From positions 30,724 through 94,723 of the forward strand of contig JAWVYS010000005.1 in assembly GCA_033722555.1 (NCBI GenBank): DNA of 64,000 nt, written 5' to 3'. This DNA is from Brumimicrobium sp. GTDB lineage: Bacteria > Bacteroidota > Bacteroidia > Flavobacteriales_D > Crocinitomicaceae. Numbering within the stretch: position 1 is the first letter of the stretch; every line of letters begins with the position of its first letter. The notes under the pieces were generated by a model. The model had not been told where the DNA came from, ran no database searches, and saw nothing but the letters and a program-made list of their open reading frames with translations. Below, piece after piece: positions 18,985 to 29,705 of the stretch. The position numbers and the translations under genes were made by a program.

Positions 18985-20037
18985 ATGTCGCTGGACTTAG
19001 AATTGCTTGAAAAGATTTGCCAAACTCCTGGTGCTCCGGGGTATGAACAAAAGATCAGAAATGTTATTCTCGGGGAGATCCGTGATCTGGTCGATGAGGT
19101 CGAACTTGACAACATGGGTAATATTTATGCCATAAAGCGAGGAAAAAGCGATAAGAAAATAATGATCGGCGCTCATATGGATGAAATCGGGTTCATTGTT
19201 ACGCATATCGATGATAAAGGATTTATACGGTTCCATACTTTGGGAGGCTTTGACCCTAAAACACTAACCGCACAGCGTGTGATTATTCACGGTAAGGAGG
19301 ATGTGATGGGTGTAATGGCAGCTAAACCCATTCACGTAATGACGCAGGAAGAGCGTAACAAAAACCCTAAAACCACTGACTTTTTTATCGATACCGGTCG
19401 ACCCAAAGAAGAAGTGGAAAGTCTCATTAAAATAGGGGATCCTATCACCCGAGAACGCTCCTTTGTGGTAATGGGCGAATGTGTCAATAGTAAATCTCTA
19501 GATAACAGGCTGGCTGTTTATATTCTGATAGAAACGCTTAAAAATCTGAAAAATAAAGAAGTCCCTTACAATGTTTATGGGGTGTTTACGGTACAGGAAG
19601 AAGTTGGTATTCGAGGAGCAAATGTTTCTTCGCTGAAAATAAAGCCTGATTTCGGCTTTGGTCTGGATACAACCATTGCGTATGATCTGCCCGGAGCTTC
19701 TCCACATGAGAAAATAACCTCACTCGGTGAAGGCACAGCAATTAAGATCATGGACGGTTCGACGATTTGTGATTACAGGATGGTAGAATTTATGAAACAG
19801 GTTGCAAACCGACATAAAATAAAATGGCAACCGGAGATACTGACTGCAGGAGGAACAGATACTGCCGGGATTCAACGAATGACAGAAGGAGGATCAATTG
19901 CAGGAGCTATTTCAATACCTACGCGCCATTTGCACCAAGTTATTGAGATGGCTCATAAAAACGATATAGCGTTAAGTATTGAACTCTTGACCAAATGTGT
20001 AGAGGAAATTGATCAGAACGACTGGAGTTTTCTTTGA
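18985..20037 (+). CDS. M42 family metallo-aminopeptidase
   Basis: AHMDEIGF, KSLDNR, VQEEVGIRGA, GGTDTA, SIPTRHLH. Confidence 0.95.
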   Translation: MSLDLELLEKICQTPGAPGYEQKIRNVILGEIRDLVDEVELDNMGNIYAIKRGKSDKKIMIGAHMDEIGFIVTHIDDKGFIRFHTLGGFDPKTLTAQRVIIHGKEDVMGVMAAKPIHVMTQEERNKNPKTTDFFIDTGRPKEEVESLIKIGDPITRERSFVVMGECVNSKSLDNRLAVYILIETLKNLKNKEVPYNVYGVFTVQEEVGIRGANVSSLKIKPDFGFGLDTTIAYDLPGASPHEKITSLGEGTAIKIMDGSTICDYRMVEFMKQVANRHKIKWQPEILTAGGTDTAGIQRMTEGGSIAGAISIPTRHLHQVIEMAHKNDIALSIELLTKCVEEIDQNDWSFL

Positions 20038-20064
20038 AACTAGTAGGGTGGTTTCCTGACATAA

Positions 20065-21015
20065 TTATCCCCAAAGTGCCTTTTGAGAATATTCCTCTCC
20101 GCCTTCTTCCCAGAAAGAGCCGTCGATGAAGCGGAATTCATAGTCAATTTGGTTTATTTTATCCATGTCGGCCTGCTCCAGTTTCAAGGAAGCTGATGCA
20201 AAATTTTCTTTGATTCTTTTTGAATTGGTTGACTTCGGAATCGTTGCAACGCCTCTGTGCAATTGCCAACTGATCAAAATTTGAGCTGTCGTAGCATCGT
20301 GTTTTTCAGCGATTGCTTTTATCGTTTCATTTTCGAGCAAAGCAGGCTCATTGTCTTGTTTCATTTGTTCCGAACGGTCTGCTGATCCGAGAGGAGAATA
20401 AGCCGTTAAATGAATATCTCGGTCTTTACAGAATTCAACAAGGTCTTCCTGAGGGAGCATGGGATGCATTTCTACCTGATTCATCTCCGGAATAAAATCT
20501 GATTCTTCTAATAATTCCTGAATCTTTTCTTCTTTAAAATTCGAAACTCCGATGTGTCGAACAAGATCCTCATCTATGGTTTTTTGCATTCCTCTCCATG
20601 TTTCAGATAAAGGAACTTCTTCTAGGGAAAGGAAGTCAGAAGATCCGCTTGGATCGGTTACACCATGCTCAAAAGCCACCGGCCAGTGAACCAAATATAG
20701 ATCAAGATAATCCAGTTTTAAATCTTTTAAAGTTTTTTTTAGGGCTGGAAGAACGTGTTCTTCCCTGTGAGAATCATTCCACAATTTAGAGGTGATCCAC
20801 ATTTCCTCTCTTTTGACGAGTCCCGCATCAAAAGCATGTTGTAGCGCCAGGCCTATTTCCTCTTCATTACCGTAAATTGGCGCACAATCAATGTGTCTGT
20901 AACCTGTTTTTATCGCTGTTAATATTGCTTCTTTTACCTCGCCGGGTCGAGACTTCCACGTTCCCAAGCCCAATGCAGGCATTTCGTCTCCGTTTTTGAA
21001 TTTGAGTGTTTTCAT
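20065..21015 (-). CDS. Aldo/keto reductase
   Basis: GLGTWK, GYRHIDCAPIYGNE, LDYLDLYLVHWP, IGVSNF, IPKSTN; likely start MKTLKF at 21015. Confidence 0.95.
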   Translation of the reverse strand: MKTLKFKNGDEMPALGLGTWKSRPGEVKEAILTAIKTGYRHIDCAPIYGNEEEIGLALQHAFDAGLVKREEMWITSKLWNDSHREEHVLPALKKTLKDLKLDYLDLYLVHWPVAFEHGVTDPSGSSDFLSLEEVPLSETWRGMQKTIDEDLVRHIGVSNFKEEKIQELLEESDFIPEMNQVEMHPMLPQEDLVEFCKDRDIHLTAYSPLGSADRSEQMKQDNEPALLENETIKAIAEKHDATTAQILISWQLHRGVATIPKSTNSKRIKENFASASLKLEQADMDKINQIDYEFRFIDGSFWEEGGEEYSQKALWG

Positions 21016-21147
21016 GATATTGTTGTCGTTTAATAATTGTGTCATTATTAAGTTGCACTACTTATGGAACACGGTAATATCTTTTTTGTTTTCTCGAAAA
21101 GAGCGTATGGATTTCAAAAAAATGGAGGTGGAACGGAAAGTAAGCGA

Positions 21148-22386
21148 TCAAACAGTTTTATCAGTCTTTAGAAGGTTTTGATATACACTCAAATATTTAT
21201 TTACCCCTTTTTCAAGACTATATACTTCTATGGCTCCGTTGCGGAGGGAAGAAAGGTTATATTCATTTTTGTTTAAAACAGTTTCTGAGTAACTTTCCTT
21301 ATTCAGGGTCTTAATGATTTTGCCGGCATCATATTTTTTGACGATCGCATCTGTATCTCCGACGCCTGCATTGCAAATTACTGGAATTCCCAACGCCATT
21401 AATTCTCCCTGTTTGGTTGGCGAAGAAGCCTTCTTGGAGAATGTAGGACGGATAAAGAAAATTGAAAAATCAAATAGCGATAAATGCAAAGGCACAGCAC
21501 TGTGGGGGACACGTTTCACCACGATCTCTTCCTGAGGAATTCCCTTCAGTAATGCTTTTTGTTTAAGTACTGCCTCAGATTCCCCGGAAATAAATAGAAA
21601 CCTTGGTTCGTTATATCTGATTCGGATTATTTTATAATAATCCAGCATCTCATCCAGCATGTACCAGGTTCCAATAGATCCGACATAACCTAAAATGAAG
21701 TCAGAAGCAGTCAAATGAAGTTCTCTTTTGAGTTGCGTGACCTTTTCGGGATCTATTTTCTCCGGATCAAATTTTTCGGTGTCCACACAACAGGGAATAA
21801 CCTCTATATAAGGAGGTTTTTGGCTAAATACCTTCCATGAAAGAATTTCCTTTTTACCATTTTCAGTCAGTGAGATAACCGCATCTGCCGAAGCAAAAAA
21901 TTCCGTTTCCTTTTTCTTAAAATAGTTATAAGCCCATTTGAACAGAGGATTCTTTAAATTCCAGATTTTTCCTTCAACACGCTCATCCGCCCAGAATCCG
22001 CGCATGTCGAAAATGAACTTCAATCCGTACTTTTTTTGAAGTCTTCTCCCTGTTAAGGCAGGGATATCACTTCTGCAGTGAACTACATCAAAATGTTCTT
22101 TTTTTTGTAGCTGAATGGCCTTTGCGTTCATTTTTCTGAGGTCTTTGAGCGTAGAAAAAAGCGGGGGTTTTTTGGTATAAGATAAGGGGTGCCAAATGAT
22201 GCCGCACTCCTCACATCTTGAAGCGATATCGTCTTTGAGTGCTATAAAATTTTCCTTTTTCTCAAAACTTATAATATGAAACTTAAGACCCTTTGAGGAA
22301 AGACCTTTCAGATAGGGTAAAATTTGTGACTGACCGAGAGGATCAGTTAATCCGTCGTAAGAAATATAAAGGACTTTATGACTCAT
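21148..22386 (-). CDS. Glycosyltransferase family 4
   Basis: GT-B pattern HCRSD...IFDMRGFWADE, SPTKQGELMALGIPVI. Confidence 0.9.
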   Translation of the reverse strand: MSHKVLYISYDGLTDPLGQSQILPYLKGLSSKGLKFHIISFEKKENFIALKDDIASRCEECGIIWHPLSYTKKPPLFSTLKDLRKMNAKAIQLQKKEHFDVVHCRSDIPALTGRRLQKKYGLKFIFDMRGFWADERVEGKIWNLKNPLFKWAYNYFKKKETEFFASADAVISLTENGKKEILSWKVFSQKPPYIEVIPCCVDTEKFDPEKIDPEKVTQLKRELHLTASDFILGYVGSIGTWYMLDEMLDYYKIIRIRYNEPRFLFISGESEAVLKQKALLKGIPQEEIVVKRVPHSAVPLHLSLFDFSIFFIRPTFSKKASSPTKQGELMALGIPVICNAGVGDTDAIVKKYDAGKIIKTLNKESYSETVLNKNEYNLSSLRNGAIEVYSLEKGVNKYLSVYQNLLKTDKTV

Positions 22387-22513
22387 AGAAGTAATTCGGA
22401 ATGCAAGTTAGCACAATTGCCCAAACTGGCTTTATTCCGATTTTTATTCTTTTAGGAAAATTTAGCATATTGAAAGAAACCGAGAGGTACTGGAATAATA
22501 TTATTTACTAATA

Positions 22514-23572
22514 TTGACCATGGAAAAAACAACTGTTAAAAACGAGTTATTGGCCATTAGGAAATTGTTGCTAATAATCATTGTGCCCTTTATTTTGTAC
22601 TTATTGAATGTACTGTCAATCATTTTCATTCCATTTGTATTTGCCCTTTTCGGAGCACTGGTTTTTATGCCCCTCATGCGTTGGTTCGCACGGAAAAAGA
22701 TACCGAATATAGTCGGCCTGATCACTGTGATTTTGATCATTGGAATCGTTGGTAAGGGCGCCTATGAGGTTGTTCAGCTTTCAGGAAAGGAAATCGCCAA
22801 TGCGAATGAAGACTTCTATGAGAAATTTGACAACAAGCTAAATGACATTATAGCTCCGGTCACCAAATTAATGAGTATAGAGCCCACTGAGGGACAAACA
22901 GACTTGCAAGCTCTTTTGGAAGATGAACATGTCAGTGCAAATCTCTTTGGCAATGTTGGTACCGGACTCAATTTCGCGAGGAAATTTGTGAGCATGTTGT
23001 TGATGACGGTATTTTTTATGGTTCTGTTACTTGCAGGTTCCATGAATATTCAAAAGGTAATGGAGTTGCTCATTTTCAAAAGAAAATATTCTTCGATCAA
23101 AACTTTTCGACAGATCGAGAAGGATATTTTTAAATTCATTGTTGTGAAGTTTTTCCTCAGTTTATTTACCGGAATAGGCTTCAGTATAGCCTGTTATTTC
23201 TTCGATGTAAGTTTCCCCATATTCTGGGGCTTATTTGCCTTCCTGATCAATTTTATTCAGATGGTTGGATCGGTGATTTCAGTCGTAGTTTTGGCTGCCT
23301 TTGCCCTTGTAGAACTTGATCAGACAGGAACACTCTTGTTTTTTATCGTGATTCTAACAGGTGTACAGGTGCTTTTTGGAGGAATTTTAGAACCGATTTT
23401 AATGGGTAAATCTTTTCAAATCAATACGGTTACCGTATTGCTGATGCTGGCATTATGGGGCTTTATCTGGGGTATTCCGGGCTTAATTCTTTCCATCCCG
23501 ATTACTGCTTTGGTAAAAAAGATCATGGAACAGTTCCCGGGGTCGCGGGTTTATGCGAAAATTATGTCTTAG
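22514..23572 (+). CDS. AI-2E family transporter
   Basis: Multiple TM helices; FWGLFAFLINFI, LEPILMGK, WGFIWGIPGLILSIP. Confidence 0.9.
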   Translation: MTMEKTTVKNELLAIRKLLLIIIVPFILYLLNVLSIIFIPFVFALFGALVFMPLMRWFARKKIPNIVGLITVILIIGIVGKGAYEVVQLSGKEIANANEDFYEKFDNKLNDIIAPVTKLMSIEPTEGQTDLQALLEDEHVSANLFGNVGTGLNFARKFVSMLLMTVFFMVLLLAGSMNIQKVMELLIFKRKYSSIKTFRQIEKDIFKFIVVKFFLSLFTGIGFSIACYFFDVSFPIFWGLFAFLINFIQMVGSVISVVVLAAFALVELDQTGTLLFFIVILTGVQVLFGGILEPILMGKSFQINTVTVLLMLALWGFIWGIPGLILSIPITALVKKIMEQFPGSRVYAKIMS

Positions 23573-23591
23573 GTTTGAACCGAATTAAATA

Positions 23592-23626
23592 AAAAAAAGC
23601 CAGTCTCACCATGAGCCGGCTTTTTT
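23592..23626. terminator. Bidirectional intrinsic terminator
   Basis: AAAAAAAGCC...GGCTTTTTT hairpin between convergent genes. Confidence 0.8.
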
Positions 23627-23652
23627 ATTTTGTCATTATTATTCAATTCATA

Positions 23653-24117
23653 TTACTGAATTGAATAATCACCTTTTCCTACAAAGTCTGTAAGTGTTAC
23701 AGTGAGAGTCCATGTTCCTGGAGTTCCAGCTGCACTTGTACCTGCAGCATCCTGTGCTCCTGAACCGGCAGTTAATGTTTTATTAATTACGACACTTCCG
23801 TTAGCATCTTTAACCGTCAGGTTAAAACTTCCGGTACTTGCATCCTGCGCCATATCCCACCCCAAGGTTGAATTGTTCTGCGTGAATGTAGTCGATTGGG
23901 ATGCTGTTCCACCCCCCCCGACAACGTCTCCGGATTTTCCCGAATTGGTCGTATTCATATTTATTTTAGGGTAGGTACAACTACCATCATCTTTCTTTGC
24001 TTCTTCACTGTAATTATTTGCTTTCGGATCTGTACAACCTTCTTTTTTGCAGCTTGTAAAACCTAATGCTATAATTCCTACGATTAAAGCGGCTGTTAAC
24101 ATTTTCATCTTTTTCAT
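23653..24117 (-). CDS. Lipoprotein (154 aa) with GCTDP...DDGSC motif
   Basis: Lipobox FTSC followed by KKEGCTDPKANNYSEEAKKDDGSCTY. Confidence 0.85.
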   Translation of the reverse strand: MKKMKMLTAALIVGIIALGFTSCKKEGCTDPKANNYSEEAKKDDGSCTYPKINMNTTNSGKSGDVVGGGGTASQSTTFTQNNSTLGWDMAQDASTGSFNLTVKDANGSVVINKTLTAGSGAQDAAGTSAAGTPGTWTLTVTLTDFVGKGDYSIQ

Positions 24118-24161
24118 CTTTTTTTGATTTTTAATTCAGTAATGTTTATTTACTCTTTACA

Positions 24162-24194
24162 TATGATGAACCAAACACTAATATGGTTGGAAAA
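24162..24194 (-). promoter_or_regulatory. Putative ECF-sigma promoter TTTTCCAACC-N15-TCATCATA
   Basis: Identical bipartite motif and spacing also found upstream of the 25501 gene. Confidence 0.55.
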
Positions 24195-24271
24195 TCAGTT
24201 GGTTCTTTCTTAATTATTTAATAAATAATTGAATATCATTTTTTTATAAATAGTTTTTTTGGCTAAGAAAA

Positions 24272-25501
24272 TTATTCAACTACTAATTTAGCTGTTTGAA
24301 TATTACCATGGTTACTGATCGCTTTAATTAAATAAACACCCGGTTTAAAATCTTCACAACTCATTAAGAAAGAATTTTCCGTTGTAATCAGATTCTTTAC
24401 CAACTTACCGGTTCCGTCATATACATGAATATCTGTAGTGCCTTTCCCAATCGTCAGTGAAATCATAACACTTTCTGTTGATGGATTTGGATAAACAAGT
24501 AGACCCTCTTGTGTGCTCAAAGAGTTTTCACTGATGGAATTTATGGGCTCAACACTATAAACGTGAATCACGCCATCGTCTCCACAGAACCATCCCAAAC
24601 TATCGTGTCGCATCTCGATCGAATTTATATCTCTCGTAGTTCCACTAACTTCGGAAGTCCAAGTTGCTCCACCATCGATAGTCTTTATTACTGTACCTCC
24701 ATTACCAACAGCCCAACCTTTATTAGCGTCTAAAAAATAAACATCGTTTAGACCATTGATTGTACCGCTCGCCTGCGCACTCCAGTTTAATCCTCCATCA
24801 CTAGTTGTGAGAATTACTCCGCCTTCTCCAACCGCCCAGCCATTCATGCTGTTTACAAAGAAGACACTGAAAAGAGGAGTTGTGATGTTGCTAGTCTGTA
24901 AAGTCCAGTTAGTACCTCCGTTAACAGTATGTAAAATAACAGCCATAGCATCAACTGTTCCAACCGCCCAACCTTCTGTTGAGCTAATGAAATAGAGGGA
25001 AAAAATGTCCTCTCCTGTTCCTGAATTAAGCTGCGCCCAATTAATTCCACCATTCGTAGTTTTAGCAATATATCCGTTTTCGCCGCTTATCCATCCCTCG
25101 GTACTATTAACAAATGATACATCAAATAATTTTTCGGGAAGGGTTACATCACTTGTCCATGTGACACCGTTGTTCGTAGATCTCATGACGGCACCATTTC
25201 CTCCTGTTACATCATATATTCCAACAGCGATAATAGAACTAGAGGTTAGATAAGCACTCGACCGAATATCTCCAGTTGTAAAGGAAGGATTCAAATTGTT
25301 CCAAACCGCGCCCTGATTACTCGATTTAATAGCGGTGGAAAGGGTGTCTCCAAAAGCCATCCCGTTATTATCATCGTAATAATTGATGTTCATTAAATTA
25401 ACATTCGTATTCGATGTCTGTGGCCACCATGACTGAGAATTGGCCTTAAATTCTATACCAAGAATGATTATAGAAATTAAAAAAAGTAACGTTTTTTTCA
25501 T
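24272..25501 (-). CDS. YCF48-like/BNR-repeat propeller protein with T9SS type A CTD
   Basis: Repeated GW.VG..G.I..T.DGG.TW units; VYPNPS...PGVYLIK...AKLVVE CTD; signal peptide. Confidence 0.9.
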   Translation of the reverse strand: MKKTLLFLISIIILGIEFKANSQSWWPQTSNTNVNLMNINYYDDNNGMAFGDTLSTAIKSSNQGAVWNNLNPSFTTGDIRSSAYLTSSSIIAVGIYDVTGGNGAVMRSTNNGVTWTSDVTLPEKLFDVSFVNSTEGWISGENGYIAKTTNGGINWAQLNSGTGEDIFSLYFISSTEGWAVGTVDAMAVILHTVNGGTNWTLQTSNITTPLFSVFFVNSMNGWAVGEGGVILTTSDGGLNWSAQASGTINGLNDVYFLDANKGWAVGNGGTVIKTIDGGATWTSEVSGTTRDINSIEMRHDSLGWFCGDDGVIHVYSVEPINSISENSLSTQEGLLVYPNPSTESVMISLTIGKGTTDIHVYDGTGKLVKNLITTENSFLMSCEDFKPGVYLIKAISNHGNIQTAKLVVE

Positions 25502-25535
25502 AGCATGTAATTTTAAATTAATTATGTTTTGATAT

Positions 25536-25568
25536 TATGATGATCGGGATAATGAAAAGGTTGGAAAA
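25536..25568 (-). promoter_or_regulatory. Putative ECF-sigma promoter TTTTCCAACC-N15-TCATCATA
   Basis: Second copy of the motif, 34 nt upstream of the ATG. Confidence 0.55.
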
Positions 25569-25785
25569 CAGGTAAGTATTTACTTCCATTTTTTATGTGT
25601 CTTGTTTAAGCTAATTAAAGATGCCTTTAAGGATTTATATTGAGGATATTAATACAGTGCCGGGTAGGTAAAAAATTTCTTCGAAAAAAAATTGAAAGAT
25701 TTTATAGAACAGTGAATATCCGTGATCGCGTGAAATATTTGTCAATGTTATGACGTTTTAGAAGCATAACTGTAATACTGAACCC

Positions 25786-26406
25786 ATGAGAGTATTTTTG
25801 TTTTGTATTCTTGTTTTTTCCTCTTTTTCAATGGCTCAGGAACTGGAATCAGCTGGTTCCAATTCAGGTTGGTTCTCACTCGGAGTTCGCAGCACCGTCA
25901 ATTTATTTGATCACGACGGAACAGGTATTGGTTCGGGAGGTCAGTTCCGGATTCGATTGAATGACCGTTTGAATACCGACTGGTTTGCTGATTATATCAC
26001 AATTAATTCAAACGACGAGATTAGAAGCGAATACCTGCATATCGGTTGGTCTGTCCTGTTCTATCCATTACCTCCAAAAAGTTATGCCGAAAGGCGAATT
26101 CAACCCTATATTCTGGCAGGTCACTGTTTTGACTACAATAAAAAAACGTTGATTGCTGATCCGTCTGTTCAGGCTGATCGATGGGGTTCCGCCGTTCAAT
26201 CGGGGCTTGGTTTTCATTTCTTTCTAAGTGAACGTATCGATCTGTCCTTAACCAGTCAGTACATGATACACCTCACCAAAGCAATTGATGGACATAGCCA
26301 CGGTAACGGTATCGAACTACATGCGTCGGAACACAGTGGATTAGAAGGACATCTCCTTACTACCGTAAGTTTGAATTATAAAATCTGTCGTTTATGGAAA
26401 AGATAA
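25786..26406 (+). CDS. Outer-membrane beta-barrel domain protein
   Basis: Signal peptide and alternating strand pattern (FSLGVRS, IGWSVLFY, GLGFHFF). Confidence 0.7.
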   Translation: MRVFLFCILVFSSFSMAQELESAGSNSGWFSLGVRSTVNLFDHDGTGIGSGGQFRIRLNDRLNTDWFADYITINSNDEIRSEYLHIGWSVLFYPLPPKSYAERRIQPYILAGHCFDYNKKTLIADPSVQADRWGSAVQSGLGFHFFLSERIDLSLTSQYMIHLTKAIDGHSHGNGIELHASEHSGLEGHLLTTVSLNYKICRLWKR

Positions 26407-26957
26407 AAATGATTTTCTTCACTATATTCTTTGCAAGCTGTTCTTTAACAGGACAAACACAGGAAGTTCTTCGTACCGGACTCATTCGAGCACAACTTAC
26501 CTTGAGTCCGGGAACCTTTTTAAATACTGACGAGTCGCTTGTTTATCTGCACGGAACCCTTGAGGCCTATACGGACAGCAAAATTTCGCTTACCGGGGAA
26601 GGTTTTTTACAGGTAGGTCAACTCGGTAGCGAGCAGAGCAGTATAAGTCAGAATCATTCTGTTTTCTTTGGTTTCCATTATCACTTTACGCGGTCTAATC
26701 ACGATCTCTATATGGGCATACAACCGGGTCTTTCCTTTACGCGATTAAATCCTCAGGAAGAGACAATGGAAGCCCAAACGGGTTATAATCCTGTTTTTTC
26801 TGCTGCTGTCGGATACAATTATTACGTCGGCAGATTCTTTCACTTTTTTGTTCAGTCTCGACTTATTCTGGGAAACCACATGGTTGACAGGCCGTACAAC
26901 CTTGCGGAATTAAGGCTTTCTGCTGGACTCGGGTTTAATCTGAATGTCCTCCGCTAG
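26394..26957 (+). CDS. Outer-membrane beta-barrel domain protein
   Basis: Signal peptide; ends AGLGFNLNVLR; overlaps the previous gene. Confidence 0.7.
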   Translation: MEKIKMIFFTIFFASCSLTGQTQEVLRTGLIRAQLTLSPGTFLNTDESLVYLHGTLEAYTDSKISLTGEGFLQVGQLGSEQSSISQNHSVFFGFHYHFTRSNHDLYMGIQPGLSFTRLNPQEETMEAQTGYNPVFSAAVGYNYYVGRFFHFFVQSRLILGNHMVDRPYNLAELRLSAGLGFNLNVLR

Positions 26958-27070
26958 ACTTTCATAAACTTGCTTGTATTTAGATGGATTACTGACGAAT
27001 TTCCCGTAAATTTGCACTGGTTTTTTGGGGGATAGAACCTGCCCGGAAAACAAAACAGGAATTTTTATAC

Positions 27071-28870
27071 ATGAAGAACATACGCAACTTTTGCATCATA
27101 GCTCATATCGATCATGGTAAGAGCACTTTAGCCGACCGATTACTTCAGACTACAGGAACAATATCCGACCGTGACATGAAGGAACAGGCGTTGGACGATA
27201 TGGATCTCGAGCGTGAACGTGGCATCACAATTAAGAGTCATGCTATACAGATGGATTACCAGCATGACGGAGTTGATTACACACTTAACCTGATCGATAC
27301 GCCGGGACACGTTGATTTTTCATATGAGGTGTCCAGATCTATTGCCGCATGCGAAGGCGCATTGTTGATTGTGGATGCCTCTCAGGGGATTGAAGCACAA
27401 ACCATTTCTAATTTATATTTAGCGCTTGAACACGATCTGGAAATTATTCCGATTTTGAATAAAATGGATTTGCCGGGTGCTCAACCTGAGGAGGTAACGG
27501 ACCAGATTGTTGACCTGATTGGTTGTGACCCCTCAGATGTAATTCCCGCCTCAGGGAAAACCGGTCTTGGTGTGGATAAAATTTTAGATGCGATTATCAA
27601 AAGAATTCCGCCGCCCAAAGGTGATCCGGATGCCCCGCTTCAGGCAATGATCTTTGATTCGGTATTCAATCCTTTTCGGGGTATTATCGCTTATTACAGA
27701 ATACTGAACGGTAGCATAAAGAAAGGTCAGCGGGTGAAGTTTGTGAATACAGGCAGAAGCTACGATGCGGATGAAGTTGGTATTTTAAAGATGACTCCTC
27801 AACCCAAAAATGAGGTCAAGACAGGAGACGTAGGGTATATCATTTCAGGAATTAAGATAGCCAAAGAAGTAAAGGTGGGTGAAACGATCACTTCTTTTGA
27901 GAATCCTTGCAAAGAAGCGGTTAAAGGATTTGAGGACGTTAAACCCATGGTTTTCTCCGGAATTTATCCGGTAGATACGGATGATTTCGAGGAGCTAAGG
28001 TTTTCTATGGAAAAACTGCAATTGAATGATTCATCGCTAGTCTACGAACCGGAATCTTCAGCTGCTTTAGGTTTTGGCTTCCGATGTGGCTTTTTGGGAA
28101 TGCTTCATCTCGAGATAATCCAGGAAAGACTGGAACGGGAATTCGACATGACTGTGATTACGACGGTTCCAAACGTGTCTTATTACTGTTATATGCGTAA
28201 AAATCCGGAAGAGAGAATCATCGTAAATAACCCTTCGGAATTACCAGATCCTGCGGCTGTTGAATATATTGAAGAACCTTATATCAAGGCGCAAGTGATT
28301 ACCAAATCGGAATATATCGGACAGATAATGACTCTGTGCATCGAAAAACGCGGTGAACTGCAAAATCAGGTTTATCTCACTCAGGACAGGGTAGAGATCA
28401 CTTTCCTGATGCCCATGGCCGAGATTGTTTTTGACTTTTATGATCGTTTGAAATCGGTGTCAAGAGGATATGCTTCTTTCGACTATTTCCCTATCGGATA
28501 CCAGAAATCAGACCTTGTGAAACTTGATGTACTGCTGAATCATGAGCAGGTAGATGCGCTTTCTGCATTAGTGCACCGAAGCAATGCCTTCGATCTCGGA
28601 AAGAAAATCTGCTTGAAGTTGAAAGAATTAATTCCAAGGCAACAGTTTGAGATTCCTATACAGGCTGCGATTGGTGCCAAGGTTATCGCCCGGGAAACGA
28701 TTAAGGCCCTCAGAAAAGATGTAACCGCCAAATGTTACGGTGGAGATATTTCAAGAAAACGAAAACTCCTGGAGAAACAAAAGCAGGGAAAGAAAAGAAT
28801 GCGCCAGGTAGGAAGGGTGGAGGTACCACAGGAAGCATTCCTTGCAGTTCTGAAACTGAACGACAGTTGA
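27071..28870 (+). CDS. lepA: Translation elongation factor 4
   Basis: [46 protein letters not shown]. Confidence 0.99.
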   Translation: MKNIRNFCIIAHIDHGKSTLADRLLQTTGTISDRDMKEQALDDMDLERERGITIKSHAIQMDYQHDGVDYTLNLIDTPGHVDFSYEVSRSIAACEGALLIVDASQGIEAQTISNLYLALEHDLEIIPILNKMDLPGAQPEEVTDQIVDLIGCDPSDVIPASGKTGLGVDKILDAIIKRIPPPKGDPDAPLQAMIFDSVFNPFRGIIAYYRILNGSIKKGQRVKFVNTGRSYDADEVGILKMTPQPKNEVKTGDVGYIISGIKIAKEVKVGETITSFENPCKEAVKGFEDVKPMVFSGIYPVDTDDFEELRFSMEKLQLNDSSLVYEPESSAALGFGFRCGFLGMLHLEIIQERLEREFDMTVITTVPNVSYYCYMRKNPEERIIVNNPSELPDPAAVEYIEEPYIKAQVITKSEYIGQIMTLCIEKRGELQNQVYLTQDRVEITFLMPMAEIVFDFYDRLKSVSRGYASFDYFPIGYQKSDLVKLDVLLNHEQVDALSALVHRSNAFDLGKKICLKLKELIPRQQFEIPIQAAIGAKVIARETIKALRKDVTAKCYGGDISRKRKLLEKQKQGKKRMRQVGRVEVPQEAFLAVLKLNDS

Positions 28871-29003
28871 TTTTCGTTGAATGTTGACGACTTAATTATT
28901 TATGATATATTTAGATCGATCTTAAGTATTAAGTCAAAGTTAACAGGGATTTACACGGCCCTTTAACTACAATTGTTAATTTTGTTTTAACCAATTTCGG
29001 ATT

Positions 29004-29654
29004 GTGTTTGAATTGATTTTAAAAGGTGTTGTTACAGGGTTGATTCTAAGTGTGATGCTGGGGCCTGCCTTCTTTGTGCTCCTCGAAACAAGTATACGCA
29101 AAGGAATCCGCTCCGCGCTCGCTTTCGATGCGGGAGTACTCATCAGTGACATCGTTTATATCATTATCGCCTATGTATTTATTCAGCAGGTTGAAGAACT
29201 GTCGAGGGGTACTGATAATGCAGTAATTCGTGCGGTTGGAGGTGGGATGTTCCTCATTTTCGGGCTCTTTACCTTTTTCAAAACGGTAAGCACAACACAA
29301 CTGGATCCCGTGAGGGGGAAAGCCAAGAACTCGCGTGATTTCTGGATTTTATTCATCAAAGGACTCATTCTTAATTTAGCGAATCCACTGGTAATATTTT
29401 ACTGGTTTTCCGTGATGGCTTTAGGTAAATCCGGTCAGGAAACCGTGTTTACTGGATGGGATATGTTTTTATACCTGACAGTTATTCTGGTTACCTTCTT
29501 CTCTATAGATGTTCTAAAGATCATGGGGGCTAAAAAACTACGCCCGTTTATAACCTCGGCTCTTCTTCGTTCCCTGAACAGAATTGTCGGTTCAATTCTT
29601 GTTGCATTCGGAGTGTTTCTTATCATTAACAGTATCGTATTATGGTTGAAATAA
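29004..29654 (+). CDS. LysE family translocator
   Basis: GPAFFVLLETSIRKG, ILNLANPLVIFYW; GTG start. Confidence 0.88.
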   Translation: MFELILKGVVTGLILSVMLGPAFFVLLETSIRKGIRSALAFDAGVLISDIVYIIIAYVFIQQVEELSRGTDNAVIRAVGGGMFLIFGLFTFFKTVSTTQLDPVRGKAKNSRDFWILFIKGLILNLANPLVIFYWFSVMALGKSGQETVFTGWDMFLYLTVILVTFFSIDVLKIMGAKKLRPFITSALLRSLNRIVGSILVAFGVFLIINSIVLWLK

Positions 29655-29705
29655 TGTAACCTTTTCGTTGAATTCTAATTATACACCACATATACCAAAA
29701 TAAAA

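Noticed and set aside
22514-23572. AI-2E transporter as evidence of quorum sensing
   Set aside because: A broad family of mostly unknown substrate, 21 kb from the signalling cassette and not linked to it.
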